Part shown: positions 40,001 through 51,700 of the stretch, piece by piece
Position numbering within the stretch: the first letter of the stretch is position 1
How the letters are laid out: every line of letters starts with the position of its first letter
Assembly: GCA_002633005.1 (NCBI GenBank)
Contig: NMRA01000024.1
Location: forward strand, 1,145,903-1,209,902
Direction: 5' to 3'
DNA length: 64,000 nt
DNA from: Phoronis australis
Taxonomy: Eukaryota > Animalia > Phoronida
Made by a program: the position numbers and the translations under genes
The notes under the pieces: model-generated
What the model was told of the DNA's origin: nothing
Seen by the model: the letters and a program-made list of their open reading frames with translations, nothing else
Databases searched by the model: none

Positions 40001-43000
40001 TATTTAGCAATGAAATGGGTGGAATCTACGATATTATAGTGATGATTATTTTTTTTCAGATCGATGCTGATAACTATGAGGCAGAGGGTAAACTTGCGCA
40101 GATTCGGAAGGAGCGTGGTTACAACTACATGGATGAAATCACGTGTTCGCCGGAAAAGCTGCCTAACTATGAACAGAAGGTATATATGTATTGCGCTGGA
40201 GCTTTTTCGACTATTCACTGCACCAAAGAAAGAAAGCCATTAGCCTGAGCACAATGCGATGGGTGCCAACACAAGCACACCCCACTGGCAGTTGAGGTTT
40301 GTTCACCACTGGCCGAGGTTAGAATTGATGGCGAGACTAAAAGCAGAAGAATAGTGTTGACAACCTCCATTAGTCACAACGTTTGCATCCTCTCTTTTCA
40401 TTTTTCAAGTTTGCCAATAGTTCTATTTGAGAACTTAAATACATTGTACCCTAATTTTTGAAGTACCATCCACTTATTAGTTGAATTTTGGACACTCATT
40501 TGATAATTAGTGCATCATCAAATTTCCTGGTGTCAGTTCTGTGTATCAAAGTGATATTTCAAATAGTTATCAAATCATTGTTTTCCAGTCTCTGAGGAAA
40601 TTCAGGAAAAGTGAATGTGTGGCAAATTACAGATTTTTTGGCAATAGTCGGAACCTTATATTGTTACAACATATCTTGTTTATGAAAGACCTGTTCAGCA
40701 GAAGCGCAGTCAAACACCTTGTAATGGCTTGTGGAGAGAGGAGTGAAGAAGACGTCTTTACTTGAACACTACTTTATTGCGGACTCACTAACTACTGTTC
40801 AACAACATGTTTTTGCAATACACAAGACCACATGCATATGAGTCACATTTCATAGAACTGTTTGGCAAGACTTATATAATAAACCATTCTAACTAATTGT
40901 GCCATATAAGGCAAGTGTAGTTCCAGTACAAACTACAATACTATTACACACCTGCACGACTTTTTACTTGTGACCTTGACCTTTACATCATGCTGGTTTC
41001 TGTACCTTTGAGAATGAGGAGTACACCTCGAACATGAAGTTGTGTACTATTTGGCTGTTTATTAGATATAATGTTAAGAGCCTTATAGTGATGTGGCTTT
41101 GACTTCCAAGTCCTATAAGTCTACCCTGGGTCAAGTTCTTGCGGCGAGAAAAATCCTGCCAAAATCAGGTGCTCTCATTGAAAATACTTGGCTATGGTAC
41201 AGATCATGGTGAAAGCATTAGATTGGGGCTTCATAGCTTTAATGAAGAAAATGATGAAATGAAATTTGAGCTTTTATCGCATTCCGAGTAGTTATACAAA
41301 TGCTTTGGCGTCAATGACAGCAAATGACGACCGAACTTATCACAACCGAGATAGAACACTAACTGACTTGACATCTCTCACATTGAGACTATGTGAAAAG
41401 AAAATGGCGTGAAATTCTTGCCTCCCAAAACATCACTTCCGGAGTAGAGAATGAATAATTACGTAAATTACAAAAATCTGTAATTAACTGACAAATATGT
41501 CTGGGGTAATCAACGAACCTTATTTTTGCTAAAAATGACATGAAAAAAGGTTGCCTTCGCCTTTAACATGTAATTTGCTTTAGAAGTTCAGAAATTTTTT
41601 TTATTAATGAGAATGTGATTATTTGCCGGAGTGAACTTTCCAAGATTCCCCCCTCCCTGGCTATTCAAAGTTCACCCATAGGCAATATTGAGGTCAAGCA
41701 GAACTCCAAACATAAACACAGCAGCAATGTCCCAAAGAGTGATTCAATGGTCTGACCTGTTACCAATCACTGTGTTTACAATTTACTATTAGTGAGTGTA
41801 TGGCATTGTTTGAGAAGGTCATGGGGTGATGATGAGCCTGGAATGACTGGGTTTTAGATATGTCCTGCTGTGCTTAAGTACAAGCAATGTTGTGTTTATA
41901 TTGAGGGTAATAACAGTGTGTGTGTTCACACTGAGGGGTAATCATAGGGTGATGAGATGCCTGCCCTTGAGGAAAGGCTCTCTTGGGTTTCAGAAGTTGA
42001 AGTGTTGAAATTCTGTTTCTCATTTTTCATACATGATGCTTTGTCATATCTAAGTTTCTATACCATAGCTACCAAAAGGCAATATTTTGAAAAATGGCCA
42101 TTCACAACAATCGTGAAAAATGAAAAAAATCCATTTCAATGGCTTTTTGTCTGAAATTGGTGAGATGTCACCATAACATTAACTATTTAAAGCTGCAGTT
42201 TGCCCTGTTTAGTTGGCTAAGAACAAAAATCGATTTAGTACTTTTCACTTTCTCTAAAATCATGGTCTCATAATATTACTTGCCGTGATTCCATTTTGGT
42301 TGCCAGTTCAAGTCACAGCGTATATGGCCATTTTCGAATTCACAATTTTAGGGTTGGCCAATAATATATGACCCACGTCTACATGCGCCATGTTTGAATT
42401 CACAATATTAGGGTTGGCCAACCATGTGACCCATGTCTACATGCACCATTTTTGAGTCGCTGAGGATTTCGATGTTCCTCTTGTTAACACATGTAGAATC
42501 CTATCGCGGCAAAGACTATCATGAGACCAATTTTAGAGGTGTACAGGACCTGTTATGATTTTCGTTTTTCAACCTGCTAAACACCACGAAATGCATCTCC
42601 TTTGAAATGAAACAAAAGAATGAACAAGAGACACTGAAGTCATCCTATAAGGCCATCCTGGATTACACGGCGGTAGAACTTTCCTTTGTCCTGGAGATAA
42701 GAAAGCGCGTGACCTTGCTTTGAAAATAAGGCACATTTTCGTGTCTCTCATTGATGTCGGGAAGGTGAAGAATTTCAGATCACGCATTCACGGGTATTTG
42801 TACAGTTTAAAAATTTTTCCCATGGGAGTTGCACAGCAGTAATATTTCGTTTGTAATTGGATGGACGAATAGAGTAATGCAACCGAGAAAACGAGACAAC
42901 AACAAATAACGTGAAACTGCAACTGACCTGAGTGGCCGTGCTGACTTTTTGGGATATCGCGATAGCGCTACATGATCTGTATCTGTAAGACACATACAAA

Positions 43001-46000
43001 ACATTTGGTCTTCAAAAGCTTCTGAATTGTTTTAAATGTCCACAATTTCTCAGAGACATTGTCTGAAGGTAGGTATGATATAGACTTTTAAATTGATTTA
43101 GCAGTATTTAATTTGGTGCTAAAAGTGATAACATGAAATTTCACCTGTTGGCCATATTGTGTTCTAAATTGGTGCAACTTTACCATAATCAGCAAAAATG
43201 TCTTAAAAAGTGCTGCAGTTTCAATCAAAAATAATGCCTCACTTTTATATAATTTAAAAATGACCATTTTCGTGCCCAAATGTCTGTTAGCTGTTATGAT
43301 AGGAAAACTGAAGGTCTGGTGTACTTTCTCTGTTCAACCAAACATACAATCCTTCTTTGTGTGCGCTTAAAGTTCCCTTTTCCTTGGGATGCCTTATCCA
43401 ATGCAGGAGGTCAGGTAACACCAAGCTAAATATGCTTGGCAGGTCAACTATTGTGCTGGTGTACACTGTAACCAGAGTCCAATATTTATACACGCTGAGT
43501 TTGCTTTCAAATGCACTTGCACCTGTTGAGAGAAAACCTTGGAAATTTGTTCACAGAAAGAAATCTTTTACTGAGTTAAATTCTATAGTTTCTAAATATT
43601 TTGCTAAATTTGGAGTTGTCAATAAGGAGCTACATGACGAACCAGTCATAGATTCTTTTCATAGACTGACACGGTAGATCTATTTCTACGCAGACCTGAA
43701 ACTGTTGGATTGATACTGTAGTAGACGATGAGGCTCAAAATTTATGCTAACTGGTGGTAAAATTTGAGATTAGGATGCTAGATGTGAATGTGGTACTGAA
43801 GATTGAGCGTGGATGATAAGCATACTAAAAATATCCTTGTTAGAACAGTATTGATGTATTGAAATGATTGATTGACATGTTTCAAGTTTTTAACACATCT
43901 CTTTGGTTTGAGGGATAATTTTCTTTGACATCATGGATTGAGTGTGCAACCGTAAAATTAATTCAAAATACAGGCTAACATACTGCCTGGGCTGAAGGAG
44001 GAAAAATAGGTACCCGAGACAATACAAATTATTTAAGAATCAACCAGAGACGGTACTTATGAATACCCCCTGCCCCGAGCGCTCCCGAGTCAACACTACC
44101 GATGTCACACTACCAAAATACCCTCCAGACAGTACCTGAGAATGCAACATACCCTCATTAGACTCTAGTGGGTTTCATACCGCTATCCCTGCCAACCTAC
44201 TTTAGAGGATACTTCCGGTTCTGTGCAGTCACCTGAAGGCTGAACCTCTTCCTCACATCCTGAATCCAGCCATTTAGAACTTCGGTATATTGGGTTTTAT
44301 TTGCAGATCAAATCGTTTTTCGAAGAACACTTGCACACGGATGAAGAAATTCGTTTCATAAAGAACGGCTCGGGTTACTTCGATGCTCGTGACATCAACG
44401 ACCAGTGGATAAGAATTGAATTGGTTAAAGGCGACCTGATAGTTCTGCCCGCTGGCATCTACCATCGCTTTACGTTGGACAAGAAGGTTCGTCAATAGTT
44501 CTCTATTTCAGGTCATTGTTTTTTAAGCTCCATTTAGATATTACGTAGTCCTTGATTTTCATATGCTCACACATAGATATGTGGATGCACCATGGCTGAT
44601 ATCTATCTAATGGGTGTCCGACGTCCACTGCTTTGTGTCCTAGATTCCTTACAGGATTTAGCAGAGGTATTCCACTTTTTTCAGGTTCGAGGTATTGTGC
44701 GCCTGTGTCCTTAATACTAATGCACATTCCTGGAAGCATACCATTTGTGATGCAGTCGTGGGTGCATTTCATTGCTCTTATTGTGAAATTTGGCAGATAT
44801 GTTTCTATTGAAGAGATGACAATGGCTTTCCATTTTTGGACGGATTTGACTTATTTTGCGCCATCTGGTAGACATTTTTATTTTTTTGATTCCTTTTATT
44901 GGTGGCTACCTCTTTATCTTCCAAACCTCTCAGGGATCATGAAACTTAGCAGATGTTCATGGTTCCTTGACAGTTTTTCATGAAATTTGATAAGCCGGTT
45001 TTTAATATTAAGATGACAGCACTTTTTCATGTTGAGATGAATTCGACATATTCTGTGTCACCTAGAGGCCATTTTCGTGTATTTTAGGGGCTGACTCTGT
45101 ATCCTTCAAACTGCTGAGAGGAACGTTATGAAATTTGGCATATGTGTTCCTCCTAACAAGTACACAACTGATGTAGATTTTCAGAGATCCAACTGGTATG
45201 GTGCCCCCTGGTGGCATTTTGCATCTGCGGCTGTATCTCCTAAACCCCTTGCAAGATCTTCTGTAAATTTGGCAGGTGTATTCCTGGTTTAACTTGAAAT
45301 TTCACAACTGTGACAGATGAAAGGATTGATCTACCACTGGGCCTCCCTTATGGCAATTTGTTTTTTCATGTCTGTCTCTGCATCTTCAGAGTTCCTGAAT
45401 AATTTCCAAAAAATGACAACTATTTGTTTATTAGAGATGACGAATCCTTCCCATTTTCCAACAAATACTCACATGTATGACAGTAATAAACACCCCCAAG
45501 AAGTCGTTTGCAGTGCAGTTGTTGGTGCATTTCAATGCCCCAGGTTGCTCTGGACTTGTTAAATTCTTCCACCAATAAACGGTTTAATGCTAAACCCTGG
45601 CAAGACACTTGTGTTAGGTAATAAATTCTAGAACTTAGTGAATGAAAATAGTGAGTGTATAACTCACTTCTTCCATAATTCAACATCACAGCCTTGTAGG
45701 CTTTTCTCTTCAGTGGAGAACGTTTCACTAGTTTATGCTTGTAAATTCCCAGGCTTTATTGTTAAACACTTGTTTTCCACTAGCACGATCTCATTGTACG
45801 TACTTGCTAGAAACTGATGCCTTGAGGAAGGGCTACAATGGCCTAAAGTGAATTTGCTTTGATCTGTTAGTGCAATGGATTCATTTCAGAATTACATCGA
45901 AGCCATGCGCCTGTTTGTTGGCGTGCCTGTGTGGACCCCCCATAACAGACCGTGTGACGATATGAAGGAGCGCAAGGACTATCTCAAGACAATGGGAATT

Positions 46001-46009
46001 GAGAGTTAG
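34040..46009 (+). CDS. ADI1: Acireductone dioxygenase (methionine salvage), 180 aa. Exons: 34040-34162, 40060-40179, 44307-44486, 45890-46009
   Basis: Reads [15 protein letters not shown]..., [27 protein letters not shown] (metal ligands H-x-H-xxx-E), [12 protein letters not shown] and [16 protein letters not shown]. Three phase-0 GT-AG introns; 543 nt. Confidence 0.96.
34255..34896. other. Assembly gap (others at 17153-17161 and 57071-57216)
   Basis: Runs of N. Confidence 1.
36301..36386 (-). mobile_element. 3' end of a LINE/SINE with a (TAAA)n tail; second copy at 51051-51137 (+)
   Basis: TTAAGGGCCCTCTTGGAAAGCAGTGCTAT.ACTGAAGAGGCCACCCTCATTTTAAA.ATCACAAT...(TAAA)n is nearly identical in both copies. 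Confidence 0.75.
36415..37371. mobile_element. CACTA/EnSpm-like or fold-back non-autonomous element with subterminal repeats
   Basis: Many AGTGAGAAT motifs in the left 300 bp and ATTCTCACT motifs in the right 180 bp. The right end is TTCTCACTGACTGTG (reverse complement CACAG...); the left end is degenerate. Confidence 0.6.
42187..42260. mobile_element. TTAA-flanked DNA transposon end (Kolobok/piggyBac-like); inverted homolog at 55315-55386
   Basis: TTAAAG.TGCAGTT..CCCTGTTT.AGTTGGCTAA.AAC.AAAATC.AT is present in both places. Confidence 0.55.
42327..42455. repeat. About 60-bp tandem duplication (2.2 copies)
   Basis: GCCAT.TT.GAATTCACAAT.TTAGGGTTGGCCAA...TGACCCA.GTCTACATGC repeated. Confidence 0.85.
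44520..45365. repeat. Interspersed element with diverged internal 135-190-bp repeats
   Basis: Recurrent GAAA(T/C)TT(G/A)GCA..T.TGTT at about 44785, 44941, 45130 and 45266, alternating with G(C/T)G(C/T)C..CT.G.GG motifs. Confidence 0.55.
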
Positions 46010-46117
46010 GCTGCAACGCTGACTTGGCTTGATGTGATACACAGTGCTAACAGTGCTTGGGGTGTGACATGAAAAGGAACAGAAATTTGGATCTTAAGCT
46101 CTCTCTCATAATTACGG

Positions 46118-46123
46118 AATAAA
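46118..46123 (+). terminator. Candidate ADI1 polyadenylation signal
   Basis: First AATAAA, about 110 nt after the stop; further copies near 47021 and 47070. Confidence 0.4.
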
Positions 46124-46754
46124 AGTTTAGCCAATCATGTAATTATTAGTTCAGCACAACCTAGAAATAGTTTATACAACATTATCTCGAAGTCAGTAAC
46201 TAAAAGTTACGAGACGGTCTCAGAGACTGTGTTTTTGCAAAAGTGGGATTTATTCATTTTTCAGAAACAGTTGTGTGGAGTATAAGACCAAATGTCTGAC
46301 TTGAGTCTTGAGCCTTTCTCAAGAAACAGCCCTTGGGAGTAGGTTTCACAGGTTATTTTGCCTTTTGTTAAAAATTTAGCTGGGTTTCCAACTCCATTTA
46401 CTATGAACTGTGCTACATAACCTTGAATCAGACTTGTGTACTATTGCTTCCCACAGGTACTACATTCCTGGGAGACTAATTTTTGTGGCACTTCTTAGAA
46501 TTTTCGAAGAAAATAATCATTGTTTTCCACTTGCCATGTGTATGCTTGCTGGAGTTTTAGTTCTCCGAGGCTTCAGTTTTAATCTTGAAGGGTTTCACGT
46601 GAGTTGAGCTTTGTGCCATATTTTTTCAACTTTCAAAACGCGGGTACTTCGGCCTACAGAAAGCAGGAATTGTAATTGAAATCATGTAGGTTTATATGAG
46701 TAAAAATCATGTCTTCTTATACACTATATGTTAGTTAAGTCAGGTGACCTATAG

Positions 46755-46840
46755 TTAAGTCTGAAAACATCTTGGTTTCAACCGCACTCGAAATAGGTTT
46801 TGCAATCTGTGCAGACGCTCTAGTCCACTGAGCTATCAGT
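46755..46840 (-). mobile_element. tRNA-derived SINE head
   Basis: Minus strand reads GATAGCTCAGTGGACTAGAGCG (A box) ... TTCGAGT (B-box-like) ... TTTTCAGACTT. It does not form a cloverleaf. Confidence 0.6.
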
Positions 46841-48763
46841 TGGTTACGGAAATCTGGTCTGATTTTTTGGAAGTCTCTTTCTTGGACTTGTGAGCGTAGA
46901 TGGAACTGCTGTTACGAATCGAACACGCTGATTACTTACAGTACATTGTAAAGCGCTATGTTCGTCTAGATACAATGATTTTTGGTCTTAACTCCAATTA
47001 TTGTGCATTACGTTTTTCATAATAAACATTAAGAAAAAATGCCTTATTTTACAACTGTATGTGTTCACCAATAAAAGGCATGATTAAACTTTTGCTATTT
47101 CAATGACCATGTGAAAGGAATTTGACTTTTTGTTATAAAAGGCTTCATTTGGAAATTGTACGTTAATACAAGTTGTTAACATATTAAGTAATGATTAATT
47201 GTCCAGAACACTGTCTGTTTGGTCATTTCGTAAACAACACATTGATTCTGCATATATTTTTTGTTCAGAATCAACTATTTAAATACTGCATCAAGATTTC
47301 CGCATTATTTGAAAATTGCTTAGCAAACTGGTGTTGTATTCAGCACAGGTGTTGGTTCAATATAAAATGTTCAAAAGTGACTTTGTTGTCATATTACGTG
47401 CTATTGAGCAATGTGTAAACATTTTCAAACCTAGTTTCTATTTAGGTCATGTACCAATATTCACTGCATGCGACGACAACTCAAATTACTCAATGTTAGA
47501 ATAACACTTTACGAAAAAGTTGAAAAACGCAGTTATGTATTTCTACAATAAAAATTTATGATCTTCAATTTTTAAAATTGCATTGACCAACACTGACATT
47601 TGAGTATTTGAGGTAACCCTTCAAACTCAGAGGAACTGTAACTGATGCTCCAAAACTTGGCCCACAATGCAATATTCGTAATTAAATTATATACACCCCC
47701 GGGTGAACATTTTTGGGGAACTGATTGTTGATATTCCTGTTCATGGTTAGGTCATGGGTGAATGAACTCTATGCTATTCATTAAAATTATTTACTTCATC
47801 TGTTGTCCATTTCAACCAACTTCTCATAGTTTTATTCACTAAGTGTCTCTTTGAAAGATGAGATTTCATCATTTTCAAATTTCTACTGTTTCTGTCAACT
47901 TCTTGTCATAATATGAATTTATCTAACCCAGTCCTCACACAAGCAACCAAACTGTTTCATAAGCATACAAGCCAACAAAACAAACTGTTTAGCGAATGGT
48001 TTGTCACTATTAAAGAATGAACTTTCATTTATTTATTATAACAGTTCATTTTAATAACAAATGTCAAAACAGAACAAAGTTAATATCTTTTAGTTTCAGC
48101 CTATACACATAACACAGTATCATTTGCAGCACTGCATTTGTGAGTAATGACACCAGTTTTTAGGGACTGACACACACGGCAGGTACAATCAGACCATCGA
48201 CAACCAACCTCGTGCCTTCAACATCCGACCTGCATGAGGTTATGCATCCCTGTGATTACTTGGCACAGTGCCATTTTTTGTAGCACAATATTTCCTTTTA
48301 ATCTACTGGGAATAACTTGCTCACATTTCCGGTGATTAGTAAAGTCAGTTCAGTCACGGAATAGGATCTTCCACGACATGGAATTGGCCAGTTACCTCTT
48401 CGAACTCACTGTTGCCACAGTAACACTTGTGCAGAAAGTAACATTTAAATGTAGGTGCAGGTCATCAGGACAGCACCAAGTCCAGCAAAGATTCGTTGAA
48501 CTTGTCGCTTTTTTGATTGAGATGAAAATATCGACCTCAAAAGATTTTTGTAATCGATCTGTAATATGCGAAAACTCCCCAATCTCACAAAGACGTGAGA
48601 CCTGTAGTGCACAGAACACAGGACTACCTTTGTTGCTTCTGCAGACATTTACAGAGTCGGATTCTCGCAGATCTTTATACAAACAGATTGGACTGGTAGG
48701 CGGTATTACCATAAACATTCCATTCATTTTGCAGGGTCATTACAAGTGAAGCAAACTGGCTCA

Positions 48764-51700
48764 TCAAATGCTCATCTGCTCATCACTGATTTTCCCCATC
48801 CATTCGGGCTCATGCTGGGCTATTTTTTCAATGATGTTGTTCACTTGTAGACACAGACTTTGAATCTGTTTGTCCCACCTGGGTAGTGTCTCGCGAGCTG
48901 AAAAAATACCAAGCATAGTCCCATGAACGGTGATGCAACTAACTGGTCTGGGACTTTGGAAATTGTGTTGTTAAAGGTCGTGTTGTAACTCCAGTGTTGG
49001 CTATTAAAGATGGTAGTGATTTTGATTTTATTTTACACATAGTTCATTACGTCGTGGCTTGTGAAGGCAGTCGATAGTCTGAACACGAAAAACTTCAACC
49101 TCACCCATTGTTTGTCTTGAAATAATGTGCCAAAGGCATTCTCTTTCCGGACTTATAAAAGCTAAAAAACGGACCCCCGTGCTCATTTGCATCCCAAATG
49201 GGGGCTCAATTAAGATCCTTAAATCTACTGTGCATTTGTGGGATTGTGAAAACGCTGATTGTCCTTTCTTAGGCTAACTGAGTCTCCTCTGTGATTGCTT
49301 GGTCAAATTAGTTAGAGATACAACATTTGAAAATTTTGAAATGTTTTTAATAACGAGTTTTGTGTCAAAAATGATCCGCCGTAAACCCCTACTCCATGTT
49401 CAGTAAGTATTGTGATGTGGTGTTGGGGAATAACACTGCATGATGCGGGTTATGCGAGCCCCAAGGTATGTCATTAGTGCAAAGGTCACCTATTTGCAGA
49501 ATTTTTGTTGTCACATTTACAAGTTGTCATTGAGTACAATTGCACTTTGGTTAGCATAGATGATGTTCAAATTGCATTGCCGTTTAGTTCCTGCTATACA
49601 TTAGCATAGTTAGGAGCGTGCAAATACATCTTTAATGAAATGAGTTACTGTGTATTAGAAGCAGGACGTTGACACTACATGATAAAAACGTTCAGGATGT
49701 AACATCAGTGAGCACAGCATATTCTACAACAGTGAAAAGCAATACCTTCAAAATGAACAGTAGAGTCGATCTGATCTATACAGCCATTCATGCGCCCTTC
49801 AGTGATCATTTGAGATGCTATTTTCTCAGCCTGCATAAAAATTCACAACTTTAATTAAACACATATTTTACTGACATTCGGAAAGACAGAGAATAGTAAT
49901 TACCAAGACTCAATCGATTGCAATTATCCTCGAATGTGAGCACGCATAATGTCATTTTTCCGTTCATTTTAATTAATATGAGAACTAGAATCACTACCCA
50001 AAACTATTAATAAGACACTTCTCCTACCAAGTGAACGTCAATTGTTTGCACAACTTTTATTTGAAACTTAGACTGCCATAACCTTAACAAACTGCAAAAA
50101 AGATAACTGAGAATGAGAAATACAAAATGCTCATTTCTAAAGCATGGGCTAAAATCATGCACACCTATTTGTGGTCAGAACATACCTTTACGGGGGGAAT
50201 CTCTAGCAGAGAGCCGAGCTCCTCAAATGAGATGTTGTTATACAGCTTGCTGGCCGACAACAGGTTGTGCTCAATGACCGCTCTGTCCAGTATGGTGGAG
50301 CCGTCCGTGGTCAGTGCTTGCTGGTGTGGCTGTAACATGGTCTGGAACTCTTGGAGGTCACAGCGTCGAATAATGCGGTCTAAGTACCTAAACATAACGA
50401 CAGACAAGTTAGAGCTGCTTAAACCAAGCCCCTCTGTCACAAAAACTAATTTTAGATTTAGACCACATATAAAGTACATGCCAAAAGTATTCCGACAAAA
50501 TGACCCAGAATTCCCAGTCGTGACGGTTCGGTGAAAGCCGATTTCAACATCAGAGTAGTCTCCCTTCGTTACCGCAAATGAAGAGGAATGAACGGGAAAA
50601 TGGCAGAGTCGTTCTGTAATTAGAATTTATTGTGGTAATAATTATTATCATAATTTTTGCTATTAAAAGAATTTGCCGTCATGACGGGAAAATGGTATTT
50701 TGTCTGTCTGAAAACTTTTGCCTTGTACTGCACATTAGAGTTAGAGCTTTTAAAATGCAACTTCTGTCAAAAAAACTAATTTTAGATTTAGACTACGTAT
50801 ATTCGTTAATATGAAATTGGACTCAAAATGTTTATCTCAATCCAACATTTCTAGTCTCAAAAAGAACTGACAGTTTGCCATGTTACAAGACTAGGCCTTA
50901 CAAGTTGGCTAGTCAACGAGGGTCATTTTATGCTCCGTGCATGATCTCAAGCGATGACTTATTATCACTCTGACCTCCAAGCCTTGAAACCACTTCTCGT
51001 ATGAGTTGCAAACAATTTAAGATCAATTTCAAAGCTGTAAGTGGTCTGCCTTAAGGGCCCTCTTGGAAAGCAGTGCTATTACTGAAGAGGCCACCCTCAT
51101 TTTAAAAATCACAATTATAATAAATAAATAAATAAATTAAAAGTTAATGTCTTTGATACGATACAGACTTAACTTCTAGCTGCTTTGCATTACTATTCAC
51201 CACATGGAACATGGACACACATATGGAACCACGTGCCTCTATGTGAAACATTAGCACGTGACGGAGGGTTGAGGTACATCTGAACAGTAGATGCTAACAT
51301 TACTTAATTTTACAGTTAGGTAACACATAACGGGTAATTCCTGTATTCCAAACAACCACTCTTTTTCGGAAATGAGGTAAAATTATATTGATTGTACAAC
51401 AGTGGCCCTGTGTGTGTGAGACGGGCTTCATCGTCTTTTGTTCTTCAGAATCGTTGGGAAGGGATGAAATGTGACATTCCGCATCCATGGATGTTTATCC
51501 AGGTTATCCCACTTTCTTGAATCGGCATTTCAGCCCACGGCACAGCAGTAATACTTTCTCGGCATAACTTAAAAATGATATACAATATAAAGTATTCGGC
51601 TGACAGATGCTAACATGTGAATCTCCATAGGGGCAAAAGCGAGGCTGCTGACCTGCCTGCCGTATCTAGAGGTGTCCCGCTATTCCATACCTCACGGTAT

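Noticed and set aside
43287-43677. Possible LINE reverse-transcriptase C-terminal remnant (…HKEGLYVWL…PD)
   Set aside because: The similarity is too faint to support without a search.
48378-48749. Overlapping ORFs on both strands after the COPS4 stop
   Set aside because: They lie in the 3' UTR with no motif. The stop is tandem TGA TGA, so readthrough is unlikely.
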